A stretch of 64,000 bases of DNA from contig CM059432.1 of NCBI GenBank assembly GCA_030390025.1, positions 72,852,001-72,916,000 on the forward strand, written 5' to 3'. Each line of letters starts with the position of its first letter. Position 1 is the first letter of the stretch. Source of the stretch: Squalus acanthias (Eukaryota). Below, piece by piece: positions 1 through 12,984 of the stretch. Below the pieces are notes generated by a model. It did not search any database. It saw only the letters and a program-made list of their open reading frames with translations, and had not been told where the DNA came from. The position numbers were made by a program, and so were the translations under genes.

Positions 1-365
1 GATCCGTTGAATGTGGAGGCTGGTGGGGTGAAAGGTGAGGACAAGGGGAACTCTATCCTGGTTCCGGGAGGGAGGGGCAGGGGTGAGGGCAGAAGTGCGG
101 GGGATAGAACGGACACGGTTGAGGGCCGTGTCAACCACAGTAGAGGGGAATCCTCGGTTGAGGAAAAAGGAAGACATGTCGGAAGCACTGGTATGGAAGG
201 TGGCATCATCAGAGCAGATGCGGCGGAGACGGAGAAACTGGGAGAATGGAACAGAGTCCTTACAGGAGGCGGGGTGGGAGCAAGTGTAGTCCAGGTAGCT
301 GTGGGAGTCAGTGGGCTTGTAGTGAATGTTTGTCAATAACCTATCCCCAGAGATGGAGACAGAGA
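1..365 (-). mobile_element. Penelope-like element (PLE) ORF fragment: RT thumb/linker region, runs off the window edge
   Basis: Minus-strand translation ...TNIHYKPTDSHSYLDYTCSHPASCKDSVPFSQFLRLRRICSDD...FLNRGFP...RVPLVLTFHP matches the PLE RT C-terminal YxKPT..YL..SxHP / LRRICS motifs. Confidence 0.85.
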
Positions 366-770
366 AGTCACCTTTTGTTTGTGTCTTTTCTTCTCTCCCA
401 CTTGGCAGCTGTCTTTCATTCTGCCAGCGCAATTTACACTTCATCTAGAGCCAGCCTTTGTTTCTTAACCTGTTCCATCACCATCTCCTTTTGCCTTGAA
501 TATCTCTCAATGTCTCTTAACCTCTCCTGCCTTCTATCCCATCACAGACCTTCCCTTTTGTTCTTTCATCCCCTCCTCCCTTTCCCAACCCCTACACTTG
601 CTTAAAAATCTGTTCCATTTCCTGCTTTTTTCCAGTTCTGACGCAAGGTCATCGACCTGAAACGTTAACTCTGTTTCTCTCTTCACAGATGCTGCCTGAC
701 CTGCTGAGTATCTCCAGCATTTTCTGCTTTTATTTCAGATTTCCAGCATCTGCAATATTTTCTTTTTATT
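366..770 (+). mobile_element. Penelope pseudo-LTR/3' terminal segment, inverted relative to the adjacent ORF fragment
   Basis: Homologous to the reverse complement of 54640-54990, the 3' end of the GIY-YIG-bearing PLE. Shared block: ...gacctgaaacgttaactctgtttctctc..cacagatgctgcctgacctgctgagtat. Confidence 0.8.
634..670 (+). ncRNA. Minimal hammerhead ribozyme-like motif in PLE pseudo-LTR (one core substitution)
   Basis: AGTT-CTGACG(C)A-AGGTC atc GACCT-GAAAC-GTT-AACT: stem I AGTT/AACT, stem II AGGTC/GACCT, GAAA core, palindromic ACGT in place of stem III. Confidence 0.65.
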
Positions 771-1117
771 TATTTAGGTTATTGCTTAGTAGATATTAAG
801 AGGAACAGCCATAAGATTTATACACAATATATTTACACACTAGGTCACAGCAGCTTTTAAATAAAACATATACAAAATACTGCATTCAGGAACCATGTAG
901 CCTTAACATTACAGAACTAAAACGGCTGTCCCTCAGACACACAGGCATGTGCGCAATAGAATATATCATAATGCATACACAACAAAATATAAAATGAGAA
1001 AATTCTACCAACAAGCCAAGCATATATACAACATATAGCAATTTACTTCAGAAAACAAAGAATTGCACCAAAACATTAAGACTGACTATTTAAAAACTCT
1101 TCTGAAAGTAAAACATT

Positions 1118-1990
1118 GGCTCTAAATTTCCTGGGAAGGTTAACGTAAATACGGCACATGAGCGGAGTTATGCCGTTTCCCCCCACCGCCCGCAGAAATT
1201 TCCGCGCAAGTGACTTACTATATTCTTACACTGAAACATCGATACGTGCGAATTTTCTCAATCATTTGTGCTGTTCCCAAGTTACACCCACTGAAACCCA
1301 ACTTAGCTGATTAACATTGCTCCGCCCCCAAGCAAAAGACCAGAGAACATAAGTTTCCTGCATTCACGCCAGTTCTGAACAGCATAAAGTTACACCCAAT
1401 ATTTTAGGCGCATCAGGATCCAAAGACACTATTTCTGTTGTTTTAAAGCGATTTTTTGATTTTTCTTTAATGAGACCGGCAAAGTATTTTCTATACCCTT
1501 GAATGCTTTTTTATTGCATCAGCATCTGATGCATTAAAAAGAGAAAAGCTACACCTGTGTTTTTTTTTTAAAACATACTGTGCTTAATGTGCATGAATGA
1601 TGGTTTGATAGCTTCAAACTTTAATTTTCATATCACTAAGATTAAAAGGGACTTAAAGAAGGAAAATGGCATATATCCCACACTTTCCTTGAGCCCCAAT
1701 TGCTTGCGCTGATTTTCACTTGTTTTACATCAGTCTTTACATTCTGCTGTAAGCTAATACGAGTCACAGAATCATAGAAATTTAAGGCACAGAAGCAGGC
1801 CATTCGGCCCAACGTGTCCACACCGGTAGAAAAAGAGCTATCCAGCTTAATCCCACTTTCCAGCTCTTGGTCCGTAGCCTTGCAGCTTACGGCACCGCTC
1901 AAGAAATTTTTGTGCAAGTTGCTGTCAGCAAGATCGGCATAGAAACCAGGATAAATTTTGGTGCAAGTCGGATCGAGAAAATTACGGCTC
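1118..1990. mobile_element. Old putative Harbinger-type MITE with a nested CR1/SINE tail fragment (~1770-1900, minus)
   Basis: Degenerate ends ggctctaaatttcc / gaaaattacggctc resemble the GGc..aAATTt ends of other MITEs here. The AT-rich centre and the catagaa..ggccattcggccc tail motif also fit. Confidence 0.35.
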
Positions 1991-2145
1991 AACGTTTCCT
2001 TCCAGACAGAAGTTTGCCTTGTGGCTGATTATGCCATAAGCTTGTGGAAGGGCATCACCATTCCGGGCCATGTGGTATCTGAGCCGTTAGCAATTTTAAT
2101 ATTTTACCAACTCTAAATGTAAGTGGATTAAATAGCTGGATTAAC

Positions 2146-2186
2146 CCTTTTCCTTTCCTGTAGACCTCTCTTTAACAAGAACTTTC
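2146..2186 (-). CDS. Possible exon 5 of unidentified minus-strand gene ((E)KVLVKERSTGKEK)
   Basis: Acceptor ttactag, phase-compatible with the 4305-4348 exon. The donor (gttaat) is weak. Confidence 0.2.
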
Positions 2187-2221
2187 CTAGTAATGGTAAG
2201 CTGAAGCAGCAGTTAGGCTAG

Positions 2222-3885
2222 TCTGAAGCGTTTGCAACCATCTTCAGCCAGAAATGCGGAGTGGGTGATCCATCTCGGCCTCCTCCTGGAGGTCCCCACC
2301 ATCACAGAAGCCAGTCTTCAGCCAATTCGATTCACTCCACGTGATATCAAGAAATGGCTGAGCACACTGGATACAGCAAATGCGATGGGCCCCAAAACTA
2401 GCCGTGCCTCTAGCCAAGCTGTTCCAGTATAGGTACAACACTGGCATCTACCCGACAAGGTGGAAAACTGCCCAGGTATGTCCTGTCCACAAAAAGCAGG
2501 ACAAATCCAATCCGGCCAATTACCGCCCCATCAGTCTACTCTCAATCATCAGCAAGGTGATGGAAGGTGTCGTCGACAGTGCTATCAAGCGGCACTTACT
2601 CACCAATAACCTGCTCACCATTGCTCAGTTTGGGTTCTGCCAGGACCACTCGGCTCCAGACCTCATTACAGCCTTGATCCAAACATGGACAAAAGAGCTG
2701 AATTCCAGAGGTGAGGTGAGAGTGACTGCCCTTGACATCAAGGCAGCATTTGACCGAGTGTGGCATCAAGGAGCCCTCGTAAAACTGAAGTCAATGGGCA
2801 TCAGAGGGAAAACTCTCCACTGGCTAGAATCATACCTAGCACAAAGGCAGATGGTTGTAGTGATTGAAGGTCAATCATCTCAGCCCCAGGGCATTGCTGC
2901 AGGAGTTCCTCAGGGCAGTGTCCTAGGCCTAACCATCTTCACCTGCTTCACCAATGACCTTCCCTCCATCATAAGATCAGAACTGGGGATGTTCGCTAAT
3001 GATTGTACAGTATTTAGTTCCATTTGCAACTCCTCAGATAATGAAGCAGTCCATGCCCGCATGCAGCAAGACCTGAGCAACATTCAAGCTTGGGCTGATA
3101 AGTGGCAAATAACATTCGCGCCACACAAGTGCCAAGCAATGAATATCTCCAACAAGCGAAGGTCTAACCACTGCCCCATGACATTCAACGGCATTACCAT
3201 CGCCAAATCCCCCACAATCAATATCCTCGGGATCACCATTGACCAGAAACTTAACTGAACAAATCACATAAATACTGTGGCTACTAGAGCAGGTCAGATG
3301 CTAGGTATTCTGCGGCGAGTGTCTCACCTCCTGACTCCCCAAAGCCTTTCCACCATCTACAAGGCACAAGTCAGGAGTGTGATGGAATACTCTACACTTG
3401 CCTGGATGAGTGCAGCTCCAACAACACTCAATTAGCTCGACACCATCCAGGACAAATCAGCCCTCTTGATTGGCACCCCATTCACCACCTTAAACATTCA
3501 CTCCTTCCACCACCAGCGTACCATGGCTGCAATGTGTACCATCTACAAGATGCACTGCAGCAACTCGCCAAGACTTCAACAGCACCTCCCAAACCTGCGA
3601 CATCGATCACCTAGAAGGACAAGGGCAGCAGGCGCATGGGAACACCATCACCTCCAAGTTCCCCTCCAAGTCACACACCATCCTGACTTGGAAATATATC
3701 GCCATTCCTTCATTGTCGCTGGGTCAAAATCCTGGAACTCCCTACCTAACAGCACTGTGGGAGTACCTTCACCACTCGGACTGCAGCGGGTCAAGAAGGC
3801 GGCTCACCGCCACTTTCTCAAGGTCAATTAGGGATGGGTAATAAATGCTGACCTTGCCAGCGACGCCCATATCCCAGGGACGAAT
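2222..3885 (+). mobile_element. 5'-truncated LINE, here called family A (CR1/L2-group RT), decayed
   Basis: ORF 2380-3258 with [34 protein letters not shown] and FA(N)D. 3' tail ...aattagggatggg.aataaatgctg.ccttgccagcgacgccca. Confidence 0.92.
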
Positions 3886-4304
3886 ATTTACAAAATCAAT
3901 CTGCGTTATTTTAACCAATATCCATAAACTTGCATGAACAGTTCTTCAAATTTACAAAATTGTATTAAAGCAACAGGCAGTATACAAATATAACGTCAAG
4001 TCAAAATGCAGAACACTACACTAAAATTAGGAAGAGCTATTCCAGTCAGAACAAGGCACGGCAGCAAACAAAAAAAAATGTTTTCTAGCTTTAAGCAGGA
4101 ATCACAATTTATAGCAGATATATTCAAATTGCCAGCTTGTGGCAAACAGTAATTCATTTCCATAGCTATATTTCTGAAGCACAGTTTAAACTATAACTCA
4201 TAGTTAAGGTGTTGAATCTCTTGCTCACTTGTCTTTGTTCAAATAATTAGTAAACAGGGCCACTCAGAGCTGTCACTAAACATCCAACAGGATCAGGAAC
4301 TTAC

Positions 4305-4348
4305 TCTGCAAATATTTGGTCACTGCAATCTTCCTCACACACAGTAAA
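4305..4348 (-). CDS. Candidate exon 4 of unidentified minus-strand gene (FTVCEEDCSDQIFA)
   Basis: Acceptor tatgcag, donor GTAAGT, open in the phase inherited from the upstream candidate exons. Confidence 0.4.
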
Positions 4349-4475
4349 CTGCATAGATACTGCCCTACCTTTTTTTAAATATACAAGGATCACTACTAAT
4401 AATACACAAGAAATTAGGGCATCCTCACAGCCTTGCTTGTAGATAAAAAGGTGAACGGTTTGGTATTTAGGAATA

Positions 4476-4540
4476 ACAACAGAAAACGCTGGAAAAACTC
4501 AGCAGGCCAGGCAGCATCCGTGGAGAGAGAAACAGAGTTT
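4476..4540 (-). mobile_element. Short PLE pseudo-LTR terminal fragment
   Basis: aacagaaaacgctggaaaaactcagcaggccaggcagcatccgtggagagagaaacagag matches 54646-54705. Confidence 0.7.
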
Positions 4541-5334
4541 TTAGGAACTTCTTCTGCATTTCTTCAACCACCCACCTGCCCCACCCTCACTTCCTCTTGG
4601 CCACATGCTGCAGTGACCCCAATCCCTCCCAGCCCTCACACCCCTGCTTCTTCTCAGGGAGATCCTATTCTTTTTTTAATCCTAAGATTCATTCTTCTAT
4701 GTTGTCCTCTTTAATTCAACTTCCTGTCGATCCAAGTCCTCTGAGTTCTCTCTCACGAGCACATGTTGGTTTCTCCTTTCTGAGCCTAGCCTATGACTTC
4801 TCCCTACCCAGTCCCAGTAATCACCTCTGGCATATTGACTCCCATTCTTCTGTGGGACTTTTTTTTTAAAAAGTTGCACAGAAAGAGTGGAATGTATAAA
4901 GGAGAGGAGTTCGAAGGAATGAGCGACACTTACAGAAAGAGTGAGAAAAAGAGTAATTGAAGAGAGTCAGAGAGAATCAGAGACGTACAGAGGAAATAGG
5001 AAAACATCCAATCTGTACAGAGAGAGTGGAAGACCAACAGAAAGACGGATCAATAACAAGCCTAGCTACCTGCTCGTAATTGAGTGGGGGCACAAAGTTA
5101 GATCCCAGCCCAGAGTGCTGGGTGCGTACTCTCATCAGTGGGGAAAGCCTGGCACTCTTCATTAGTGGTCAACTTGGTAGTATGGCAATGAAAACCACGC
5201 CCATGCTCCAAAATAACAGCCACCCAGAGCCACGCTGCCTGTCATTGTTAAATAAGGGAGAGAGCGAGAAAGAGAGAGACAGATGGACTGAGACAGAAGT
5301 CTGAAAAAACTGAGACAAAAGAGCAGCTATAACT

Positions 5335-5420
5335 GTGGAATTAATTGGACAGCTCGTTCAAGGAGCCAGCATAGGCACGATGGGCCGAATGGCCTCCTTC
5401 TGTGCTGTATGATTCTATCT
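5335..5420 (+). mobile_element. CR1-type 3' tail fragment
   Basis: gatgggccgaatggcctccttctgtgctgtatgattctat matches the CR1 tails at 12290-12344 and 39170-39215. Confidence 0.7.
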
Positions 5421-5753
5421 GTTAAAAAAAAGTCAAGTCCCCACCCCCATGGGTTACATGGATGTGGACCAATCAGACCTTGACAACTACAATCTTATGC
5501 TACATATTTCCCAGGAATAAAATCAGTAGATCAAGATGTGGCTCTATCACATGGTATGCACATACTAGAAGGTGACAGTTTCAAAACTCAACTATGTAGT
5601 GGGATGCAATTTGTTTAGAAAGGATTCTAGATAATTGCCCATAGAACTTAAATTATGTAAAGTATATTTCTTATTCCTTCACAATTTACAAGTATTTTCA
5701 TGACATTCCATAAATTAGGCTCCACAAAAAGAGGTTATTAAGAGACATTTTAC

Positions 5754-5795
5754 CTGACAGTATATTAATAATGTATATTCTGCAATACACACCTC
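5754..5795 (-). CDS. Candidate exon 3 of unidentified minus-strand gene (EVCIAEYTLLIYCQ)
   Basis: Acceptor ttttgggcag, donor CAG|gtaaaa, 42 nt, phase 0-0. An alternative upstream acceptor exists. Confidence 0.4.
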
Positions 5796-6043
5796 CTGCC
5801 CAAAACAATAACTAATGCGCAGAAAGCAACTTTGTGGGTCAGTGTCTCATTACTGGTGCACTGTGAAGTAATATGGACATGATAGTACATTTCACTGTAC
5901 TGTGTATTTTTCAAGATACAATTTATCTCAAGTACCCTATAGCTTTGCTTCCCAACTGCAAAATAATATCCTTACGATACTATCCTGTGAATCACAAGCA
6001 ATGTATGAGCCTCTCACAGCATTCAATATAATTACAGCGTTAC

Positions 6044-6097
6044 CTTTAATATAGTTTCTGTTTTGCAATCACATTTTACACAACCGTGGAGTGAATA
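6044..6097 (-). CDS. Candidate exon 2 of unidentified minus-strand gene (YSLHGCVKCDCKTETILK)
   Basis: Strong acceptor tttcactttccctttag, donor AAG|gtaacg, 54 nt. Only the phase-0 frame is open. Confidence 0.55.
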
Positions 6098-6292
6098 CTA
6101 AAGGGAAAGTGAAATCATAATGCAGTAAACTGAAACCCCCAATGGGCACTGTGCTCACTTTTATTTTTAATACATTTTAATACATTCTGGTAGATGCTGA
6201 TTGAAAGGAAATAAACTACTCACAAATAAACAGTGGACTTGCACAGATAAAACTCTCACTAGGCCAAACATCATTCAATGCCTTATATTCCA

Positions 6293-6395
6293 TAACAATA
6301 TAGCGCCTTTAATGTAGGAAAACATCCCTAGGTGCTTCACAGGAGCGTAATCAGACAAAAGTTAACACTGAGCCAAAGAAGGAGATATTAAGAGG
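6293..6395 (-). mobile_element. L2 3' tail fragment
   Basis: Reverse complement matches the L2 tail at 12580-12670 (ctgtgtcaa...ctcctgtgaagcgccttgggacgtttt). Confidence 0.7.
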
Positions 6396-9300
6396 AGCGG
6401 AAGAAAAAGGCAGTAAAGATGCGTAATCTTCCCCGCTATGAAATTATCTCCCCACTGGCTGTTTCTCTGCTGAGCTGGGTGACTCATTCGACTAGTTTTT
6501 CTGCTTTGTTGGTTTCTGCTAGTTGCTGTTGTTCCTCTGATGAGCTGGGTGACTCGTTCTACTGGTTTTTCTGCTTTGTTGGTCGCTGGCTTGTGGTTTT
6601 ACATTTTCTCCGCTGCTTCTGATCTACGGTGACCCCCAACTTCGCGTCAACTTCGCCATCATCTCCCTGCACCGCAACTGATTCTCATTACCACGGCAAT
6701 AAACTCCATCCTTCAATGCCCTACCCTTCAAATAGCTTCTGGACTTCACTCGTCTGCTACACCTCTCTCCGAACTTGGACAACAGTTCGTCGATGCTCCA
6801 TGCCGACTCCATTCTACCTATGTCAACGTTTTCCCTCCACGGGACCTCCGACTTTAACTCTGGACTCCCTACTATTGTCACCAACCTATTCTCTGCCACT
6901 ACCAGGAAATATGTAACCCTATAATTGCTACATAACCAGGCCTATGTAACGAGTTTTTCCGTGTCCATTCCCGTGCACATTTTGGCTGCCGCTCTGGACC
7001 CGAGCCGTTCATTTCTATTTCCACTTTTTTCTCCCCCCCCTTTTCTTTTCTTTCTATCCCTCCCTGACCAGTCTCCTGTCGTCATGCCACCCTTCATCTC
7101 TTCTCTCGGATACAATGCCCTCCCAAATCCCTACCCTAACCCTTCCTTACTCTTCAACCTTCCTACTCTCCTGCCGCCATCCCAGGCTTGACGTCCTCTT
7201 AAGCCTACAGCCTCCCTCTGTGTCTCTCTTGGCATCCTCCGAAGGGCTCACCGTGGCACTCGTCGCTGTCTCCTCACAAGTAGCAACCCCAACTTTCCCA
7301 TCAAACTCTCTCACCGACCTTCCCGTCCAGCCTGCGGGGAGGCTAATCTTGCCAATCTCCTCCCCGTCCAACTCACCCCTCCAAGCGCTGACCCTGTGGA
7401 TGTTGGCAGTGAGTCAGTCATCACCGACCCTCTCCACATCTCCCTCCAGAATGTCCGTTCACTTGCGAACAAGGCCCTGACAGAAACTTGGTTGAGGGGT
7501 GATGACGCCTTACCCTCAAATGAAGTCTCCCCGCCTGGCTATACCTTCCACCACTTGCCCCGCTCAGACCGCCGTGGTGGCGGTGTGGCTCTCATCACCA
7601 AATCACACCTTGGTCTGTCCCCCTACTCCTCCGGCACTTTCTCCTCCTTTGAGCATCGCACCTTGTTCCACCCCTCTCACCTCTCATTTAAAATTCTCGT
7701 TCTCTACCGCCCACCCAAGTACGATAAAAATTTATCACCAAGATATCCTCGCTGCTTTCCTCCCTCGGTGATTTCAAACTCCATGTCAATTCACCATGCT
7801 CTTTCTCCTCTGAGTTCACGATCCTCCCTTAATCTCTCCCTCCATGTGAACTCCCCAACCCATATTCACGGCCATCCCCTTGACCTTGCTATCTCTCGTG
7901 GCCTCGCTACTCCCATCGTGTCAATCACAGATAAGGCCATCTCTGACCACTTCCTTGTATCGCTCTCCACCCACATCCCCCTTCCCCCACCCAACCCTAC
8001 TTCCTTCTGTGTCCACCCCTGGAAAAAACTCTCTCCCAATTCTGTTACAACTGCACTTACGAAATCCCAACTGTCCAGCCTTTGGCCCTCCATTCACAAC
8101 ATTTCTGCAGCTACCGAAGTGCTCAACCACACCCTCACCACCATCTTTGATGCCCTAGTCCCGATTAAAACCATTACTCTCTCTTACCCTGGCTGTTCCC
8201 CCTGGTATGGCCCACATCTGCGTTCCCTCAAGTCCAAGGGATGCACACTTGGTTTAGCCATTCACCGCCAGATCTGGCTGGACCACATAAAGCATTATCA
8301 GGTCTCACTCTTGTCTGCCAAAACTGCTCACTATTCCAGGATCATTCTGGAATGCAAAGATAACCCCCGGCTACTATTTTCTACTGCTAACCGTCTTCTT
8401 AAACCCCTCTCCCCTGTCTCCTCCACCTTCACCTCCAACAACAATTGCGAGGAGCTCATGGACTTCTTTGTCTCGAAGATTGAGACCATCCGATCAGCTG
8501 CCTCTGCCACTTCCCTTCCTTCCCCTAGACCACCGGTCCAAATTTCCTCCAAAGATCCCCCCTGCCCTAGCCCTGAACTTGCATCTTTCTCCAGTTTCTC
8601 TCTGATCTCCCCTCTTGATCTCTCCACGCTCATCTTGTCCATGAGACCCACTTCCTGCTCCCTCAACCCTATTCCCACTAAACTGCTGACCACCCAACTT
8701 CCTTTCTGGCTCCCATGCTAGCTGACATTGTTAACGGTTCGCTCTCCTCGGGTACTGTCCCCCTCTCCCTCAAATCGGCCGTCATCACCCCTCTCCTCAA
8801 AAAACCAACCCATAACCCCTCTGTCCTTGCAAACTACCGCCCCATCTCCAACCTCCCTTTCCTCTCCAAAGTCCTTGAACGTGTTGTCGCCTCCCAAATC
8901 CGTTCCCATCTTTCCTGGAACTCCATGTATGAATCCCTCCAATCCGGTTTCCGCCGCTGCCACAGTACCATAACGGCTCTCATCAAGGTCACAAATGACA
9001 TCCTTTGTGACTGTGACAAAGGTAAACTATCCCTCCTTGTCCTTCTCGACCTGTCTGCAGCCTTTGACACTCCATCCTCCTCCAATGCCTCTCCACCATT
9101 GTCCAGCTGGGTGAGACTGCACTCACCTGGTTCCATTCTTATCTATCAAATTGTAGCCAGAAAATCACCTGCAATGGCTTCTCTTCCCACTCCCGAATCG
9201 TTACCTCTGGGGTCCCCCAAGGATCTATCCTTGGCCCCTCCTATTTCTCATCTATATGCTGCCCCTTTGTGACATCATCCGAAAACACAGCGTCAGTTTC

Positions 9301-12300
9301 CACATGTATGCTGATGATACCCAGCTCTACCTCACCACCCCTTCTCTCCACCCCATCCACAGTTTCTAAATTGACACACTGCTTGTCCGATGAGCAGAAA
9401 TTTTCTCCAATTAAATATTGAGAAGACCGAAGCCATTGTTTTCAGGCCCCGCCACAAACTCCGTTCCCTAGCCACCGACTCCATCCTTCTCCCTAGCATC
9501 TGTCTGAGGCTGAACCACACTGTTCGCAACCTTGGTGTCATATTTGACCCTAAAATGAGCTTCCGACAACATATCCATGGCATAACTAAGACCGCCTATT
9601 TCCACCTCCGTAACATTGCCCGTCTCCACCCCTGCCTCAGCTCATCTGCTGCTGAAACCCTCATCCATGCCTTTGTTACCTCTAGACTTGACTATTCCAA
9701 CACACTCTTGGCTGGCCTCCCACATTCTACCCTATGTAAACTTGAGGTCACCCAAAACTCGGCTGCCCATGTCCTATCTCGCACCAAGTCCCATTCACCC
9801 ATCACCCCTGTGCTTGCTGACAATGGTTAAGCAACGCCTCGATATCAAAATTCTCATCCTTGTTTTCAAATCCCTCAATGGCCTCACCCCTCCCTACATC
9901 TGTAATCTCCTTCAGATTTAGTAACAATACTGTGGAAGAGGAATTCCTAAAGTGTATACGGGATGGTTTCCTGGACCAATATGTCGAGGAACCAACTAGA
10001 GATCTTAGACTGGGTATTATCTAATGAAAAGGATTAATTAGCAATCTTGTTGTGCGAGGCCCCTTGGGGAGGAGCGATCATAAGATGATAGAATTCTTCA
10101 TCAAGATGGAGAGTGAAGTAGTAGTTGACTCAGAGATTAGGGTCCTGAATTTAAATAAAGGAAACTACGATGGTATGAGGCGCAAGTTGGCTAGGATGGA
10201 TTGGGGAATGTTACTTAAAGGGTTGACGGTGGATAGGCAATGGCAAACATTTAAAGATCGCATGGATGAACTACAGAATTTGTTCATCCCTGTTTGGCAT
10301 AAAAATAAAACAAAAAAGGTGACTCAACCGTGGCTAACAAGGGAAATTAGGGATAGCATAAGATCCAAGGAGAGGACATATAAATTGGCCAGAAAAAAGC
10401 AGCAAACCTGAGGATTGGGAGCAGTTTAGGATTCAGCAAAGGAGGACAAAGGGATTAATTAAGAGGGGGAAAATAGAGTATGAGAGTAAGCTTGCAGGGA
10501 ACATAAAAACTGACTGTAAAAGCTTCTATAGATATGTGAAGAGAAAAAGATTGGTGAAGTCAAGCGTAGGTCCCTTGCAGTCAGAATCAGGGGAATTTAT
10601 AATGGGGAACAAAGAAACGGCAGACCAATTAAATACATACTTTGGTTCTGTCTTCACAAAGGAGGACACAAATAAACTCCCAGAGATGTCGGGGAACATA
10701 GGGCCTAATGAGAGGGAGGAACTGAATGAAATCAGTATTTGTAGGGAAATGGTGTTAGGGAAATTGACGGGATTGAAGGCCGATAAATCCCCAGGGCCTG
10801 ATAATCTACATCCTAGGGTACTTAAGGAAGTGGCCCTAGAAATAGTAGATGCATTGCTGGTCATCTTCCAAAATTCTATAAACTCTGGAACAGTTCCCAT
10901 GGATTGGAGGGTAGCTAATGTAACCCCACTATTTAAAAAAGGTGGTAGAGAGAAAACGGGGAATTATAGACCGGTAAGCCTGACATCGGTAGTGGGAAAA
11001 ATGCTAGAGTCCATTATAAAAGATGTAATAGCAGAGCACTTGGAAAACAGTGACAGGATCGGACAAAGTCAACATGGATTTACGAAAGGTAAATCATGCT
11101 TGACTAATAAACTGGAATTTTTTGATGATGTAACTGGTAGAATAGATAAGGGAGAACCAGTGGATGTGGTGTATTTGGACTTTCAGAAGGCTTTCGATAA
11201 GGTCCCGCATAAGAGATTAGTGTGCAAAGTTAAAGCACATGGGATTGGGGGTAAGGTATTGACTTGGATAGAAAACTGGTTGGCAGACAGGAAGCAAAGA
11301 GTTGGAATAAACAGGTCTTTTTCAGAGTGGCAGGCAGTGACTAGTGGGGTACCGCAGGGATCGGTGCTAGGACCCCAGTTATTCACAATATATATTAATG
11401 ATCTAGACGAGGGAACTAGATGTAATATCTCCAAGTTTGCAGACGACACAAAGCTGGGTGGGCGTGTGTGCTGTGAGGAGGATGCAGAGAAACTCCAGTA
11501 TGATTTGGACAGGTTGGGTGATTGGGCAGATGCATGATAATGTGGATAAATGCGAGGTTATCCACTTTGGTGGCAAAAACAGGAAGATAGATTATTATCT
11601 GAACGGCAATAGATTGGGAAAAGGGGAAGTGCAACGAGACCTGGGTGTCCTTGTGCACCAGTCGCTGAAGGTAAGCATGCAGGTGCAGCAGGCGGTTAAG
11701 AAGGCAAATGGTATGTTGGCCTTCATAACGAGAGGATTCGAGTACAGGAGCAAGGATGTCTTGCTGCAGTTGTACAGGGCCTTGGTGAGACCACACCTTG
11801 AGTATTGTGTGCAGTTTTGGTCGCCTTATCTGAGGAAGGATGTTCTTGCCATGGAGGGAGTGCAGCGAAGATTCACCAGACTGATACCTGGGATGGCAGG
11901 AAGGACGTATGAAGAGAGATTGGGTCGATTAGGCTTATATTCGCTAGAGTTTAGAAGAATGAGAGGGGATCTCATTGAAACTTATAAAATTCTAACAGGA
12001 CTAGACAGACTAGATGCAGGAAGGCTGTTCCCGATGGCGGGGGAGTCCAGAACCAGGGGTCACAGTCTAAGGATAAGGGTTAAGCCATTTAGGACTGAGA
12101 TGAGGAGGTATTTCTTCACCCAGAGAGTGGTGAACCTGTGGAATTCTCTACCACAGAAGGCAGTTGAGGCCAATTCATTAAATATATTCAAGAAGGAGTT
12201 AGATATATTTCTTAAGGCTAAGTGGATCAAGGGATATGGGGAGAAAGCAGGGACAGGGTACTGAATTTGGATGATCAGCCATGGCGGAGCAGGCTCGAGG

Positions 12301-12680
12301 GGCCGAATGGCCTACTCCTGCTCCTATCTTCTATGTTTCTATGTTTCAGCCCCACAACCACCACCCCCCGAGATATCTGCGCTCCTCAAATTCTGTCTGT
12401 TTGAGCATCCTTGATTATAATCACTCCACCATTGGTGGCTGTGCCTTCAGATGCCTAGGCCCTAAGCTCTGGAACTCCCTCCCTAAACCTCTCCGCCTCT
12501 CTACCTCTCTTTCCTCCTTTAAGACGTTCCTTAAAACCTACCTCTTTGACTAAGCTTTTGGTCATCTGCTGTAACTTCTTATGTGGCTCTGTGTCAATTT
12601 TTTGTCTTATAACACTCCTGTGAAGCGCCTTGGGACGTTTTACTATGTTAAAGGTATTAAATAAATACAAGTTGTTGTTG
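6396..12680 (+). mobile_element. Long L2 LINE (APE + RT, frameshifted), split by a CR1 insertion at 9916-12344
   Basis: APE motifs LQNVRSL, LTETWL, RRGGGVAL, LYRPP, GHPLDL and SDHF. RT motifs NYRPISNLPFLSKVLE, QSGFR, LLDLSAAFDT, YADD and SRLDYSN. Tail ends in (TTG)n. Confidence 0.92.
9916..12344 (+). mobile_element. CR1 LINE, 5'-truncated, nested in L2, apparent 5-bp TSD TTCAG
   Basis: ORFs 10052-12264 with [36 protein letters not shown] and RPHLEYCVQFWSP. Tail (ctatgttt)n. TTCAG at 9911-9915 and 12345-12349. Confidence 0.95.
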
Positions 12681-12984
12681 TTGTACTGGGCTCGGGTCCA
12701 GAGTGGCTGCCAAAATGGCCACGCGAACGGACTAAGGAAATTAAGGCTACATAGGCATGGTAAAGATTCGGACAGATATGTCTCAATTAAGGAGCAGCCA
12801 GCCCAGGAGCCACATAAGCCACTCTGCACGCTTTACTCAAATAAAGGACAGTAAATAAAAGCTGCAACTCAATACTCCGATTCACATTACAAATAACACT
12901 AGGCTGCATATCAATCAGAAGGCTATTAAATTACAACCTTATGGCTTGCACTTAATTTTTTTCTAAATGTTCGCATCAATTTTC

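Noticed and set aside
2164..2195. Plus-strand mini exon (cctgtag...gtaagc)
   Set aside because: No supporting neighbours. The nearest upstream donor would give an intron of only ~45 nt.
12682..12852. Possible mini-LTR or TA-flanked element after the L2 tail
   Set aside because: Only a 5-bp inverted match and no convincing TSD.
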